Shown piece after piece: positions 1 to 7,740 of a DNA stretch of 12,390 nt. Positions within the stretch are counted from its first letter, which is position 1. Each line of letters opens with the position of its first letter. The notes under the pieces are model-generated. The model worked only from the letters and a program-made list of their open reading frames with translations. It was not told the DNA's origin and ran no database searches. The stretch is from NCBI GenBank assembly GCA_013166835.1, contig JABLTI010000077.1:1-12390 (forward strand), written 5' to 3'. Both the position numbers and the translations under genes were made by a program. The DNA comes from Promethearchaeati archaeon. Lineage in GTDB: Archaea > Asgardarchaeota > Heimdallarchaeia > JABLTI01.

Positions 1-1
1 A

Positions 2-439
2 GATAAGAAATCAAAATTTTGTTCTCATTGTGGGACAACAGTAAAATCAGATGATGTTTTCTGCAATAATTGTGGAGCGAGTTTGGAAGATATCATTGAA
101 CCTGCTGTTAGTATGCCGGCTCAACCTGAACCTTATACACAAACAACCCATACATCACAAGCAACTGTTTATGTTCCTCCCCCTAAAACCCAAAACAGCG
201 TAGCTACTGTGGCACTAATTTTTGGCATTGTCTCTGTTGTAATTAATTTATTTCCGTTTAGTATGCTTTACATAGGAATTATTACAGGTACTATTGGTGT
301 CATTACGGGGATTATAGGGGGATTAAAATCTCAAAAGAAAATTCTTGCATATATAGGGTTAGGATTAGGTGTAATAGGTATCACTCTCTGGGTTCTAGCT
401 TATTTCGGTGTTTTCAGATTCTGGGGATTCTGGTGGTAA
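2..439 (+). CDS. Zinc-ribbon domain membrane protein (5' truncated by window edge)
   Basis: Frame is open from base 2, upstream of the track's TTG at 83, reading DKKSKFCSHCGTTVKSDDVFCNNCGASLEDII: a CxxC-x10-CxxC zinc ribbon. A Pro/Gln/Thr-rich linker and about 3 hydrophobic Gly-rich helices follow. Confidence 0.85.
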   Translation, partial: DKKSKFCSHCGTTVKSDDVFCNNCGASLEDIIEPAVSMPAQPEPYTQTTHTSQATVYVPPPKTQNSVATVALIFGIVSVVINLFPFSMLYIGIITGTIGVITGIIGGLKSQKKILAYIGLGLGVIGITLWVLAYFGVFRFWGFWW

Positions 440-484
440 TCTCATCCATCTGTAAACAGATCCGAGATTCTTTCTTTTCTTTTA
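438..484 (+). terminator. Hairpin plus T-tract between convergent genes
   Basis: AATCTC (438-443)/GAGATT (464-469) encloses ATCTG (448-452)/CAGAT (457-461), followed by CTTTCTTTTCTTTT. Confidence 0.45.
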
Positions 485-847
485 CTAATATGGACAATCA
501 GCAGTATCAAAAGGACATTCCTTTTCCCTATATAGTAGTGTTAATACTAGAGTATACGTCCAGCGAATATGATTTTCTACTTTGAATAATTCATCATAGA
601 ATTCTTCATCTGCATACCCTGGTTTTTTGTCAAGACGATTTATAGCGAAAGGGAAGATTCCGTCTGGATGCAAATCAACAAAGGAGATTTGATAATTCTC
701 AAATAATTTATCAAAAAATTCAGCAATATATTGAGTTATATTTTCTAGTGTTTCATCTTCTTTAATCTGGTATTGCTTAATGATCTCCTCTGCCCACTCA
801 TCAAACTGTGCTTTTTTTAATTCCGGTATTTCTTTTATTGCGTTCAT
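485..847 (-). CDS. Hypothetical acidic protein, 120 aa
   Basis: ATG-started ORF filling the gap with no competing ORF. Composition is soluble and helical, and it ends CPFDTADCPY. No family recognised. Confidence 0.7.
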   Translation of the reverse strand: MNAIKEIPELKKAQFDEWAEEIIKQYQIKEDETLENITQYIAEFFDKLFENYQISFVDLHPDGIFPFAINRLDKKPGYADEEFYDELFKVENHIRWTYTLVLTLLYREKECPFDTADCPY

Positions 848-978
848 TCTGCATCAACTCTGATACCCATTTATTTCTTCAACAATTAACTATTGACGAA
901 TGAGTAAATAGTTCATTCTCTTATGAAAATAAAGAAATTCATGGAAAAATCGTAAGAAGTTATTCCTTTTTTTTCCTT

Positions 979-1019
979 TGATGAAATCATCATTAAATAC
1001 CTATCATAGAAATTATAAA
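979..1019 (+). promoter_or_regulatory. Candidate lat promoter: palindromic operator plus BRE/TATA
   Basis: Perfect inverted repeat TGATGA-AA-TCATCA (979-992), then purine-rich AGAAA and ATTATAAA (1012-1019), about 35 nt before ATG 1054. Confidence 0.4.
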
Positions 1020-1053
1020 CAGCATGTTACCATACATCGGACAGTGGGTTACC

Positions 1054-2358
1054 ATGAAGTCTGCACTTGATATTTTACGAGAGCACATGCTGATTGATGG
1101 GTATGAAATTATATTCGATTTAGAGAAAAGCACCCCATATTATATTCATGATAAACTTACTGGAGACCAGTATTTAGATTTCTATACTTTCTTTGCTTCT
1201 GCGCCATTAGGATGCAATCACCCGAAAGTTCGAACTAAGGAGTTTATGGATAAACTAGCTAAAGCAGCTGTGAACAAACCTTCTAGTTCTGATAGCTACA
1301 CTGAAGAAATGGCTGAATTTACAGATACTTTTAACAAAATCTGTATGAAGGATAACTTTCAGTATCTCTTCTTAATTTCCGGTGGAGCCTTAGCAGTAGA
1401 AAACGCGCTCAAAACTGCTTTTGATTGGAAAGTAAGAAAGAATTATGAAGTTAATCCTAAAGATCACATTGGACAACAAGTTATTCATTTCCAAAAAGCC
1501 TTTCATGGTCGATCTGGGTACACTATGTCTCTAACCAACACTTTTGATCCTAGAAAAATTGCTAATTATCCAAAATTCAAATGGCCAAGAATTCATGTCC
1601 CAGCAATTATTTTCCCTCTTGAAGATCATCTTGAGGAAGTTATAAAACAAGAAGAAAGAGCTCTTAGAGAGATCGATGAAGCAATAGAGAAAAATCCTCG
1701 AGATATTGCATCTCTTATCATTGAACCAATTCAGGCTGAAGGAGGAGACAATCACTTTCGACCAGAATTTTTCAGAGCACTAAGAAATGTCTGTGATCAA
1801 AATGATATTATGCTTATTTTTGATGAAGTGCAAACTGGGATTGGATTAACTGGCAAAATGTGGGCGTTTGAACACTTTGTGAAACCTGATATAGTTGCTT
1901 TTGGTAAAAAAACGCAAGTTTGTGGCATCATGGTTGATAAGAGAGTGGATGAAGTTGAAGGTAATGTTTTCCACGAATCAAGTCGGATTAATTCTACCTG
2001 GGGTGGAAACCTCGTTGATATGGTTCGTTCAACTAAGTATCTTCAGATTATTGAAGAGGATAAATTAGTTGATAATGCCAAGAAAGTTGGTGACTATCTC
2101 TTGAAGGCTCTCACTGATACTTGTGATGATTCTAAAGAGATCATGACTAATGCTCGAGGTAGAGGATTAATGTGTGCTTTTGATTTACCATCCACTGAAT
2201 TCAGAGACAAGCTGAAAAAGGAATTATTCAAAAACAAATTACTAATCTTGTCCTGTGGAGAGAAATCAATTCGATTTAGACCACCACTTTGTTTAGATAA
2301 AGAACATATTGATAAAGGTCTAGCAATCTTTGCTGAGACTTGTAGGAATATGTCATAA
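1054..2358 (+). CDS. lat: L-lysine 6-transaminase (class III PLP aminotransferase)
   Basis: Motifs YLDFYTFFAS, SGGALAVENALKTAFDWK, AFHGRSGYTMSLTNT, IEPIQAEGGD, FDEVQTG, PDIVAFGKK (PLP lysine) and RINSTWGGNL are characteristic of LAT. ATG 1054 is preferred over 1024 because 1024 lies only 4 nt after the TATA-like box. Confidence 0.9.
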   Translation: MKSALDILREHMLIDGYEIIFDLEKSTPYYIHDKLTGDQYLDFYTFFASAPLGCNHPKVRTKEFMDKLAKAAVNKPSSSDSYTEEMAEFTDTFNKICMKDNFQYLFLISGGALAVENALKTAFDWKVRKNYEVNPKDHIGQQVIHFQKAFHGRSGYTMSLTNTFDPRKIANYPKFKWPRIHVPAIIFPLEDHLEEVIKQEERALREIDEAIEKNPRDIASLIIEPIQAEGGDNHFRPEFFRALRNVCDQNDIMLIFDEVQTGIGLTGKMWAFEHFVKPDIVAFGKKTQVCGIMVDKRVDEVEGNVFHESSRINSTWGGNLVDMVRSTKYLQIIEEDKLVDNAKKVGDYLLKALTDTCDDSKEIMTNARGRGLMCAFDLPSTEFRDKLKKELFKNKLLILSCGEKSIRFRPPLCLDKEHIDKGLAIFAETCRNMS

Positions 2359-2370
2359 ATCCGATTATAT

Positions 2371-2395
2371 TCCTTTTTTTCTTCTTTTTCTTTTT
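2371..2395 (+). terminator. Oligo-T terminator after lat
   Basis: Long pyrimidine/T tract TCCTTTTTTTCTTCTTTTTCTTTTT just after the stop codon, typical of archaeal gene ends. Confidence 0.5.
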
Positions 2396-2524
2396 GAAAT
2401 CACATGACTTTAGAATCTAAGATAGAAAGCTATTTTGTCGACGTTTTTTGTATAAAGATAGCTTAATTTGTTAAGAAGTATTCTTATTAAAAGTGGTCAG
2501 TGTCTATGATTAGGTGAGGGTATT

Positions 2525-2779
2525 ATGCCAAAGCCCGTAGAAGATTCACAAGACAATATGAAGTTCTGCAAAGATTTTTGCGGGATCTGTCCAACTTTTA
2601 AGGAAAATAAACTTAAGGAATCACCACCACATGCACTCTTCTGTGCTCGAGGTAAATCAGAAATCGCAGCTGATAAAATAGTAGATAAAGGATGTACTTG
2701 TTTTGGGTGCCCGATTTTCAAACGCGATGACCTTGAAGGTGGTTACTTCTGCATGTATGGATTAGAAGGGAAGAAATAG
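2525..2779 (+). CDS. DUF2769-like Cys-rich small protein
   Basis: Eight Cys in the pattern C-x3-CxxCP...LFCxxGKS...CxCxxCP...YFCxxG, matching my recollection of DUF2769. Strong RBS AGGTGAGG upstream. Confidence 0.8.
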   Translation: MPKPVEDSQDNMKFCKDFCGICPTFKENKLKESPPHALFCARGKSEIAADKIVDKGCTCFGCPIFKRDDLEGGYFCMYGLEGKK

Positions 2780-2944
2780 TTTCTTTCAATCTAAATCTCC
2801 TTTTTTTCTAGGTAAGTAATATCTCACAGAAGAATCTGTTTCTGAGCATATTTGTTCTTGTTCTTTTTCTTATATATTCATCGAAGAATTTCCCTATAAG
2901 GTTTGTAATTCAACGAACCTTCTTTGCAATTGGATGGAGACCCA

Positions 2945-3217
2945 ATGATAAAAGAAGTATACTTTGATAAGGATGAATTAATTGATTGGCGACGGGAAGC
3001 GAAAGACGAGATCCAAACAATGAGGTTTTGCCCTAACTGTGGAAAACTAGTTGTCTTGAAACTTAGGGAACACAAGTATTACCAGAATTTTTACGCCTGT
3101 TCTATTTGCGGTGAAATCATTTTGAAGAAAGGTTACGTTAAAATGGGCAGTGGTTCTGGCTATGGGTATCGTAATTTTCAAAGATACAATCAGAGAAGAA
3201 GGATGCTACGAGAGTAA
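2945..3217 (+). CDS. Small zinc-ribbon protein with basic C-terminal tail
   Basis: Zinc ribbon FCPNCG...YACSICG. GGAGA RBS-like motif precedes ATG 2945, preferred over the track's TTG at 2924. Confidence 0.75.
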   Translation: MIKEVYFDKDELIDWRREAKDEIQTMRFCPNCGKLVVLKLREHKYYQNFYACSICGEIILKKGYVKMGSGSGYGYRNFQRYNQRRRMLRE

Positions 3218-3304
3218 TTTTTCCTCTTCTTTTCTTTCCTTTAATCAATAAATTGAAAACCCAAGAGTTGGTATATATTTAGGAATTCTTGGATGCTTTG
3301 ACAA

Positions 3305-4348
3305 TTGACTGTAGATAATCCTCTTGAGAATCAACCATATGTTACTCAGTATTCCAAGAAGATGAACAACAAAATCAAATGCTTGGTTTGTCGTCATGGT
3401 TGCATATTAGCAGATGGAAAAATGGGGATTTGTAATACTAGAGAAGTTATCAATGGAGAATTAGTTAGTTATAATTATGGCAATGTTTCGTCCATTTCGT
3501 TGAATCCCATTGAAAAGAAACCATTATATCATTTCCATCCAGGATCCTACGCAACAACGATTGGTTCTTGGTCCTGTAATTTTTCTTGTCCTTGGTGTCA
3601 AAATTACTCTTTAACAAAAGTAGGACCCAAGAAATATGATGAGAAGCACTTTCTTTCACCGGAAAATCTTGTTGATATCATTTCTCAGAATTCTAAATCC
3701 TCAGGAGTATCTTTCTCTTTTAATGAACCAACACTAATGGTTGAGTACGCAATAGATGTTTTGAAATCACTTTCAAAAGCGAATCCGAAATTGTACAGTG
3801 GTTTTGTCACGAATGGATACATGTCCGAGGAGGTTTTGAAGGATTTAATCAATAATGGTCTTTCATCTATGACTGTGAGTTTGAAAGGGGGAAAGGAGAA
3901 TATGAAAATGAATTGTAATGCTAATAGTGATTACGTTTTCGAGAATATTGCTTTAGCATTTGAAAAGGACATTCATCTCGAGATAGTTATTCTAGTTATT
4001 CCCACAATAAGTGATTCAGATGAGTACTTTAACAAGGTATCACAGAAAATTGTTAAGAATTTTTCTCCAGATATCCCTCTTCATTTTAATGCCTATTATC
4101 CTGCTCATAAATTTCACTTACCAAGAACTGATATTAGTGTTTTAGAGAAAGCAAGAATAATTGCTATGAAAAATGGTTTGAATTATGTCTATATAGGTAA
4201 TATTCTCGGTCACCAAGCTCTCAATACTTATTGTCCTAATTGTCAAGAAATTGTGATTGCACGTTCTCAGAGTCGATTTATTGACAGCAAAATGAATGAG
4301 AAAAACGAGTGTCCAAAATGTAGTTACAAGATTTCAATAATAAATTAA
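3305..4348 (+). CDS. amrS: AmmeMemoRadiSam system radical SAM enzyme (PflA-like)
   Basis: N-terminal CLVCRHGC...GICNTR, signature NPIEKKPLYHFHPGS, radical SAM motif CNFSCPWC, FSFNEPT, VTNGY, VYIGN and C-terminal TYCPNC...CPKC. Confidence 0.9.
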   Translation: MTVDNPLENQPYVTQYSKKMNNKIKCLVCRHGCILADGKMGICNTREVINGELVSYNYGNVSSISLNPIEKKPLYHFHPGSYATTIGSWSCNFSCPWCQNYSLTKVGPKKYDEKHFLSPENLVDIISQNSKSSGVSFSFNEPTLMVEYAIDVLKSLSKANPKLYSGFVTNGYMSEEVLKDLINNGLSSMTVSLKGGKENMKMNCNANSDYVFENIALAFEKDIHLEIVILVIPTISDSDEYFNKVSQKIVKNFSPDIPLHFNAYYPAHKFHLPRTDISVLEKARIIAMKNGLNYVYIGNILGHQALNTYCPNCQEIVIARSQSRFIDSKMNEKNECPKCSYKISIIN

Positions 4349-4442
4349 CTTGTTTTTAACAGAAATGAGTTATAAGAAAAATGATATTTAGTTTCATCTA
4401 AATGATCAGCTCTTTTTCAATCAGTAATTGCTTTACAATTCC

Positions 4443-6092
4443 TCAACTAGTAATATCTTCACCTGAGCTAATGATTGATTTGACAATGCCTTGGTTGTTT
4501 TTCAATAAAGTATTACACCATATAATTAATCGTTCATCTCTGCTTTTAGTTAGAACAAAATACTCAAAACGATTATCAATACGAGTATTGCATTCTGATG
4601 CATTTAGATAAGTTTGTCTTACTTCCTTCCTTTTTCTTTCAGGTATGAAATTATCTATCCAATTCTTACCAAGAACCTCTTCTTTCGAATAACCCAGAAT
4701 TTCACAACCTCGTTTATTGATTTGCTGAACTACTTGATTTTTATCTAAAACAATTAGAATTACTCCAGCTACATTGAAATAATTATTAGCGAGATCTCTT
4801 TCTTCCCGTAACTTCGTCTCTAGATTTACTCGTTTTGTAACATCAACTGCTGCTGCTACAATTTCTGATCTATCTTCGTATGTGAATTTTTTAAATTGCG
4901 TGGAAAGCCATCTTACTTTTCCACATTTAGTCATTATTCTAGTATAAAATCCAGATATAGATTGATCATTCTCTACAGCTTTAAATTTCTCAATAACTTT
5001 GGCTTGATCGTCTGGGTGTATTAAATCGAGAAATGCATATGGTTTGATTGTCTGTAAATACTCTAAGCTATATCCTGAATATTTGGTTATTACATCATTA
5101 GCATAATCGATTTTACCATCTTTAATGATTAGAATACCAGCAAGAGATTGTTCTATAATTAAGCGAAATCTTTCTTCGTTTTGCATTAACTTAAATTCAG
5201 CGTTTTTACGATCGGTAATATCAATAACTAATCCTTCACAATAACCATCTATTGGATATAAAGTAGCAGAATGACTTACCCATTTAATTGATCCATCTTT
5301 TAGTTTTAATTGAACTTCATAATCGGTTATTTTACCTTTTGTTCTTAAGATCTCAATAATTTTCTCACGATCTGCTTGATTACAATAAAAATCAATCGCT
5401 TTTGTTTTAAGTTTAAATTCATCTATTGATGAATAACCAGCTGTTTTTGCTAATTTTTGATTTACATCTAAAAAATCTCCAGTAGCCAAGTCAGTTCGAA
5501 AAACACCAGCATTTATATTCTCAAACAAGTTTCGATACTTAATTTCTGATTCCTTATTCACTGTATTATCTAAAATAACTGAGGAAATAGCTGCCAATTT
5601 TCCATTAATGTCGTATGCACCAATATTAAATTGTAACCACCAACGCTCTTCACCAGATTTCGTTATGATTTTGTACATAAGTTGTTTTGGGACTTTTCCA
5701 TTTTTCATATAATTAAAATTCTTTGTGTAGTAATCTTTGAATTCAGGATGTATAAATGTTTGAATGAAATTTGGATTACTATACCATTCATCAGTTGAAA
5801 ATCCACTTAATTCTTCAAGAAATTTATCAACAATAATAAATTTACCGGAAGGTAATTCCATTTTAAGAAAACCTCGAACTCTTTTAGCGATTTCATTTTG
5901 CATTGTCACGAGTTCTTGATTTCTTTTTTCTGTAAAAGCCATTTTTTCATTTAATGTTACATAATGATTTAAAACAATATCATCTACACTACTCATGTAG
6001 TCTATAATTTTGTATGGAATATTATTTTCTTGTAATATTCTTTGGATTTCGTTGTTTTCAAAAAAACTATCGTCAACTTTGATCAGTTTCAT
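4443..6092 (-). CDS. Multi-PAS (4 PAS/PAC) sensor protein with no output domain
   Basis: Four PAS repeats with typical elements (SGFS/AGYS/SGYS/LGYS; IHPE/IHPDD; KSGEERWW/KDGSIKWV/KCGKVRWL). They end in DNT/DIT/DVT/DIT and are joined by coiled-coil linkers. Confidence 0.88.
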   Translation of the reverse strand: MKLIKVDDSFFENNEIQRILQENNIPYKIIDYMSSVDDIVLNHYVTLNEKMAFTEKRNQELVTMQNEIAKRVRGFLKMELPSGKFIIVDKFLEELSGFSTDEWYSNPNFIQTFIHPEFKDYYTKNFNYMKNGKVPKQLMYKIITKSGEERWWLQFNIGAYDINGKLAAISSVILDNTVNKESEIKYRNLFENINAGVFRTDLATGDFLDVNQKLAKTAGYSSIDEFKLKTKAIDFYCNQADREKIIEILRTKGKITDYEVQLKLKDGSIKWVSHSATLYPIDGYCEGLVIDITDRKNAEFKLMQNEERFRLIIEQSLAGILIIKDGKIDYANDVITKYSGYSLEYLQTIKPYAFLDLIHPDDQAKVIEKFKAVENDQSISGFYTRIMTKCGKVRWLSTQFKKFTYEDRSEIVAAAVDVTKRVNLETKLREERDLANNYFNVAGVILIVLDKNQVVQQINKRGCEILGYSKEEVLGKNWIDNFIPERKRKEVRQTYLNASECNTRIDNRFEYFVLTKSRDERLIIWCNTLLKNNQGIVKSIISSGEDITS

Positions 6093-6227
6093 TAACTAGT
6101 AATCCCTTTGATTTAATTAGCACCTCTAAATAACTCATAATTGAAACATTTATTCTTATAGAATTTATGTTTTGATGTTTTTAAAAAAACGATAAAATAA
6201 AACTGATATTTAAATCTATGTTCTTAG

Positions 6228-6634
6228 GAAAGAATTTTTATAGAAAATCATCTTATTTTTATTAATCATTTTAAAGGCTACCATAATCAAACTTCATAAT
6301 ATGGAGACTTTTTTGTTAGACTAACAAATCTAACTTTAACTGTTTATAATGCAACAAATCCGGATAATGTTGCCATAGTAAAAGATTACAATCTATTTTC
6401 AACAAATGGAGAATTAGTCTATATAGAAGGAAATTTAACCTTTTTTAATAATTACAGTCATTCGAATCTTTACACTTTATTTTTGGTTAATTTTACAGAT
6501 ATTTATAAACCAAAAATCTTAGAAACTATGACACTAGAAAGGATTATCGAGGTTTGGGTGTTGGTATAGGTGCTATATCGGCAAGCAGTATAATGAATAA
6601 ATTATACAATCATGAAGACCAGAATAGGAGGTAA
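6228..6634 (+). pseudogene. Decayed LVIVD-repeat-like (beta-propeller) gene fragment
   Basis: Stop-free frame 6300-6569 lacks an early start and contains LTVYNATNPDNVAIVKDY, VYIEGNLTF and LFLVNFTDIYKPKIL. In-frame TAA at 6297-6299 and a probable frameshift near 6521. Confidence 0.55.
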
Positions 6635-6638
6635 TTAA

Positions 6639-7619
6639 CTAACTTTTAAAAAACTTGCTGCTGTTTGTCCAGTAAATCTTTCGAAGAATTTTCATTGGCA
6701 AGTTTAAACCATTAATTACAGTTTTGTTATCATTTTCTAAATCTTCCAAAGGCAAAGGTAAATCCCGAACATCTGTTTCTAATAAAGCTAGATATGACAG
6801 ATAACGCAAATAATAATAACCTGGAATTGGTTCACGATCTGTTCTCCCTGTAACAATATCAGTTCCAAAAAATATTCGATCTTGGTATTGTTTAAAGAAT
6901 TCAATAGCTTCTTCAGTCTTATAAGAAAACTCTCGAGCCATCCATTTCGCAGAAGAAATATCAACATAAAGGTTTGGGAAAGTATCTAACCATCTCCCCA
7001 AATTATCTAGTTGTTCTGGTTGTCCCGCTAAATGGGCAACTTGGATTTTCAAATTTGGATGACGTGTCAAAATATTCTCTAATTCCTCAAGATGCTGTTC
7101 TTTAGTTCCGTAGTAACTTGCAGGTTGGTAGTTTTTCTTGTATAATAAATCAGGGTCTGAAATATGAAAAATCATTTTTAATCCTAAATCTTCGATTTTG
7201 CTGAATAATGGATCAAGTCTGAGGTCATCTATTCTGAATCCTTCGACCTTTTGTTTCAAATGATCTTCAACATATTTTCGCCAACGAGGAGCATACCAAA
7301 ATTTTGCTATAGGATAACCGGAATCATGCATTAATTGTATATCATCTAGAGCTTCCTTAATGTCTCCAGAAAATAAATTCTGAGACATAATAAAACGTGC
7401 AAATACGAATTTGTCCGGGAATTTTTCATCGTATACTTTCCAATCTTCCCTGACAATAGCTGTGAATTTTTGGATATTATATTCGCTAGCATATTTTACT
7501 AATTCAGCAGTATCTTCTATTTTGTAGAGATGAACGTGGGCATCCCATCTTGGTTCTGAATATTTGAATTTAATGTGCTCAAATCCGTTTGTGCTGTTTT
7601 TGTCTTCTTCTGCTGTCAA
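6639..7619 (-). CDS. Amidohydrolase family protein (TIM barrel, Amidohydro_2-like)
   Basis: WDAHVH (HxH), FHISDPD, QVAHLAG, PNLYVDIS and DRIFFGTD motifs. GAGGA RBS precedes the TTG start. Confidence 0.85.
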   Translation of the reverse strand: MTAEEDKNSTNGFEHIKFKYSEPRWDAHVHLYKIEDTAELVKYASEYNIQKFTAIVREDWKVYDEKFPDKFVFARFIMSQNLFSGDIKEALDDIQLMHDSGYPIAKFWYAPRWRKYVEDHLKQKVEGFRIDDLRLDPLFSKIEDLGLKMIFHISDPDLLYKKNYQPASYYGTKEQHLEELENILTRHPNLKIQVAHLAGQPEQLDNLGRWLDTFPNLYVDISSAKWMAREFSYKTEEAIEFFKQYQDRIFFGTDIVTGRTDREPIPGYYYLRYLSYLALLETDVRDLPLPLEDLENDNKTVINGLNLPMKILRKIYWTNSSKFFKS

Positions 7620-7740
7620 AGAATTTTCCTCGGAATTCGTTTTATTTTTTTATATTTATCTATTTTTGCTTGTGTTCTAGGGTGTTATTTTTTACAAAGT
7701 AAGAGTTAATCTTAAGATTGTTCTTTCACATTATTGATTT

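Noticed and set aside
848-1053. Lysine riboswitch upstream of lat
   Set aside because: The region is AT-rich with no L-box consensus, and the candidate TATA box implies a very short 5' UTR.
2878-2918. Imperfect direct repeat TTCATCGAA/TTCAACGAA upstream of the zinc-ribbon gene
   Set aside because: Two short copies with a mismatch are within chance expectation.
1531-3659. Minus-strand ORFs 1531-1755, 2497-2721, 2878-3075 and 3465-3659
   Set aside because: Antisense shadows of well-supported plus-strand genes, with no motifs.
4398-4445. TGA readthrough or selenocysteine extension of the PAS protein
   Set aside because: Only 14 further codons (GIVKQLLIEKELII) precede a TAG. There is no output domain and no Cys-equivalent context.
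4402-4611. Plus-strand 69-aa ORF
   Set aside because: Mostly antisense to the PAS gene and has no recognisable features.
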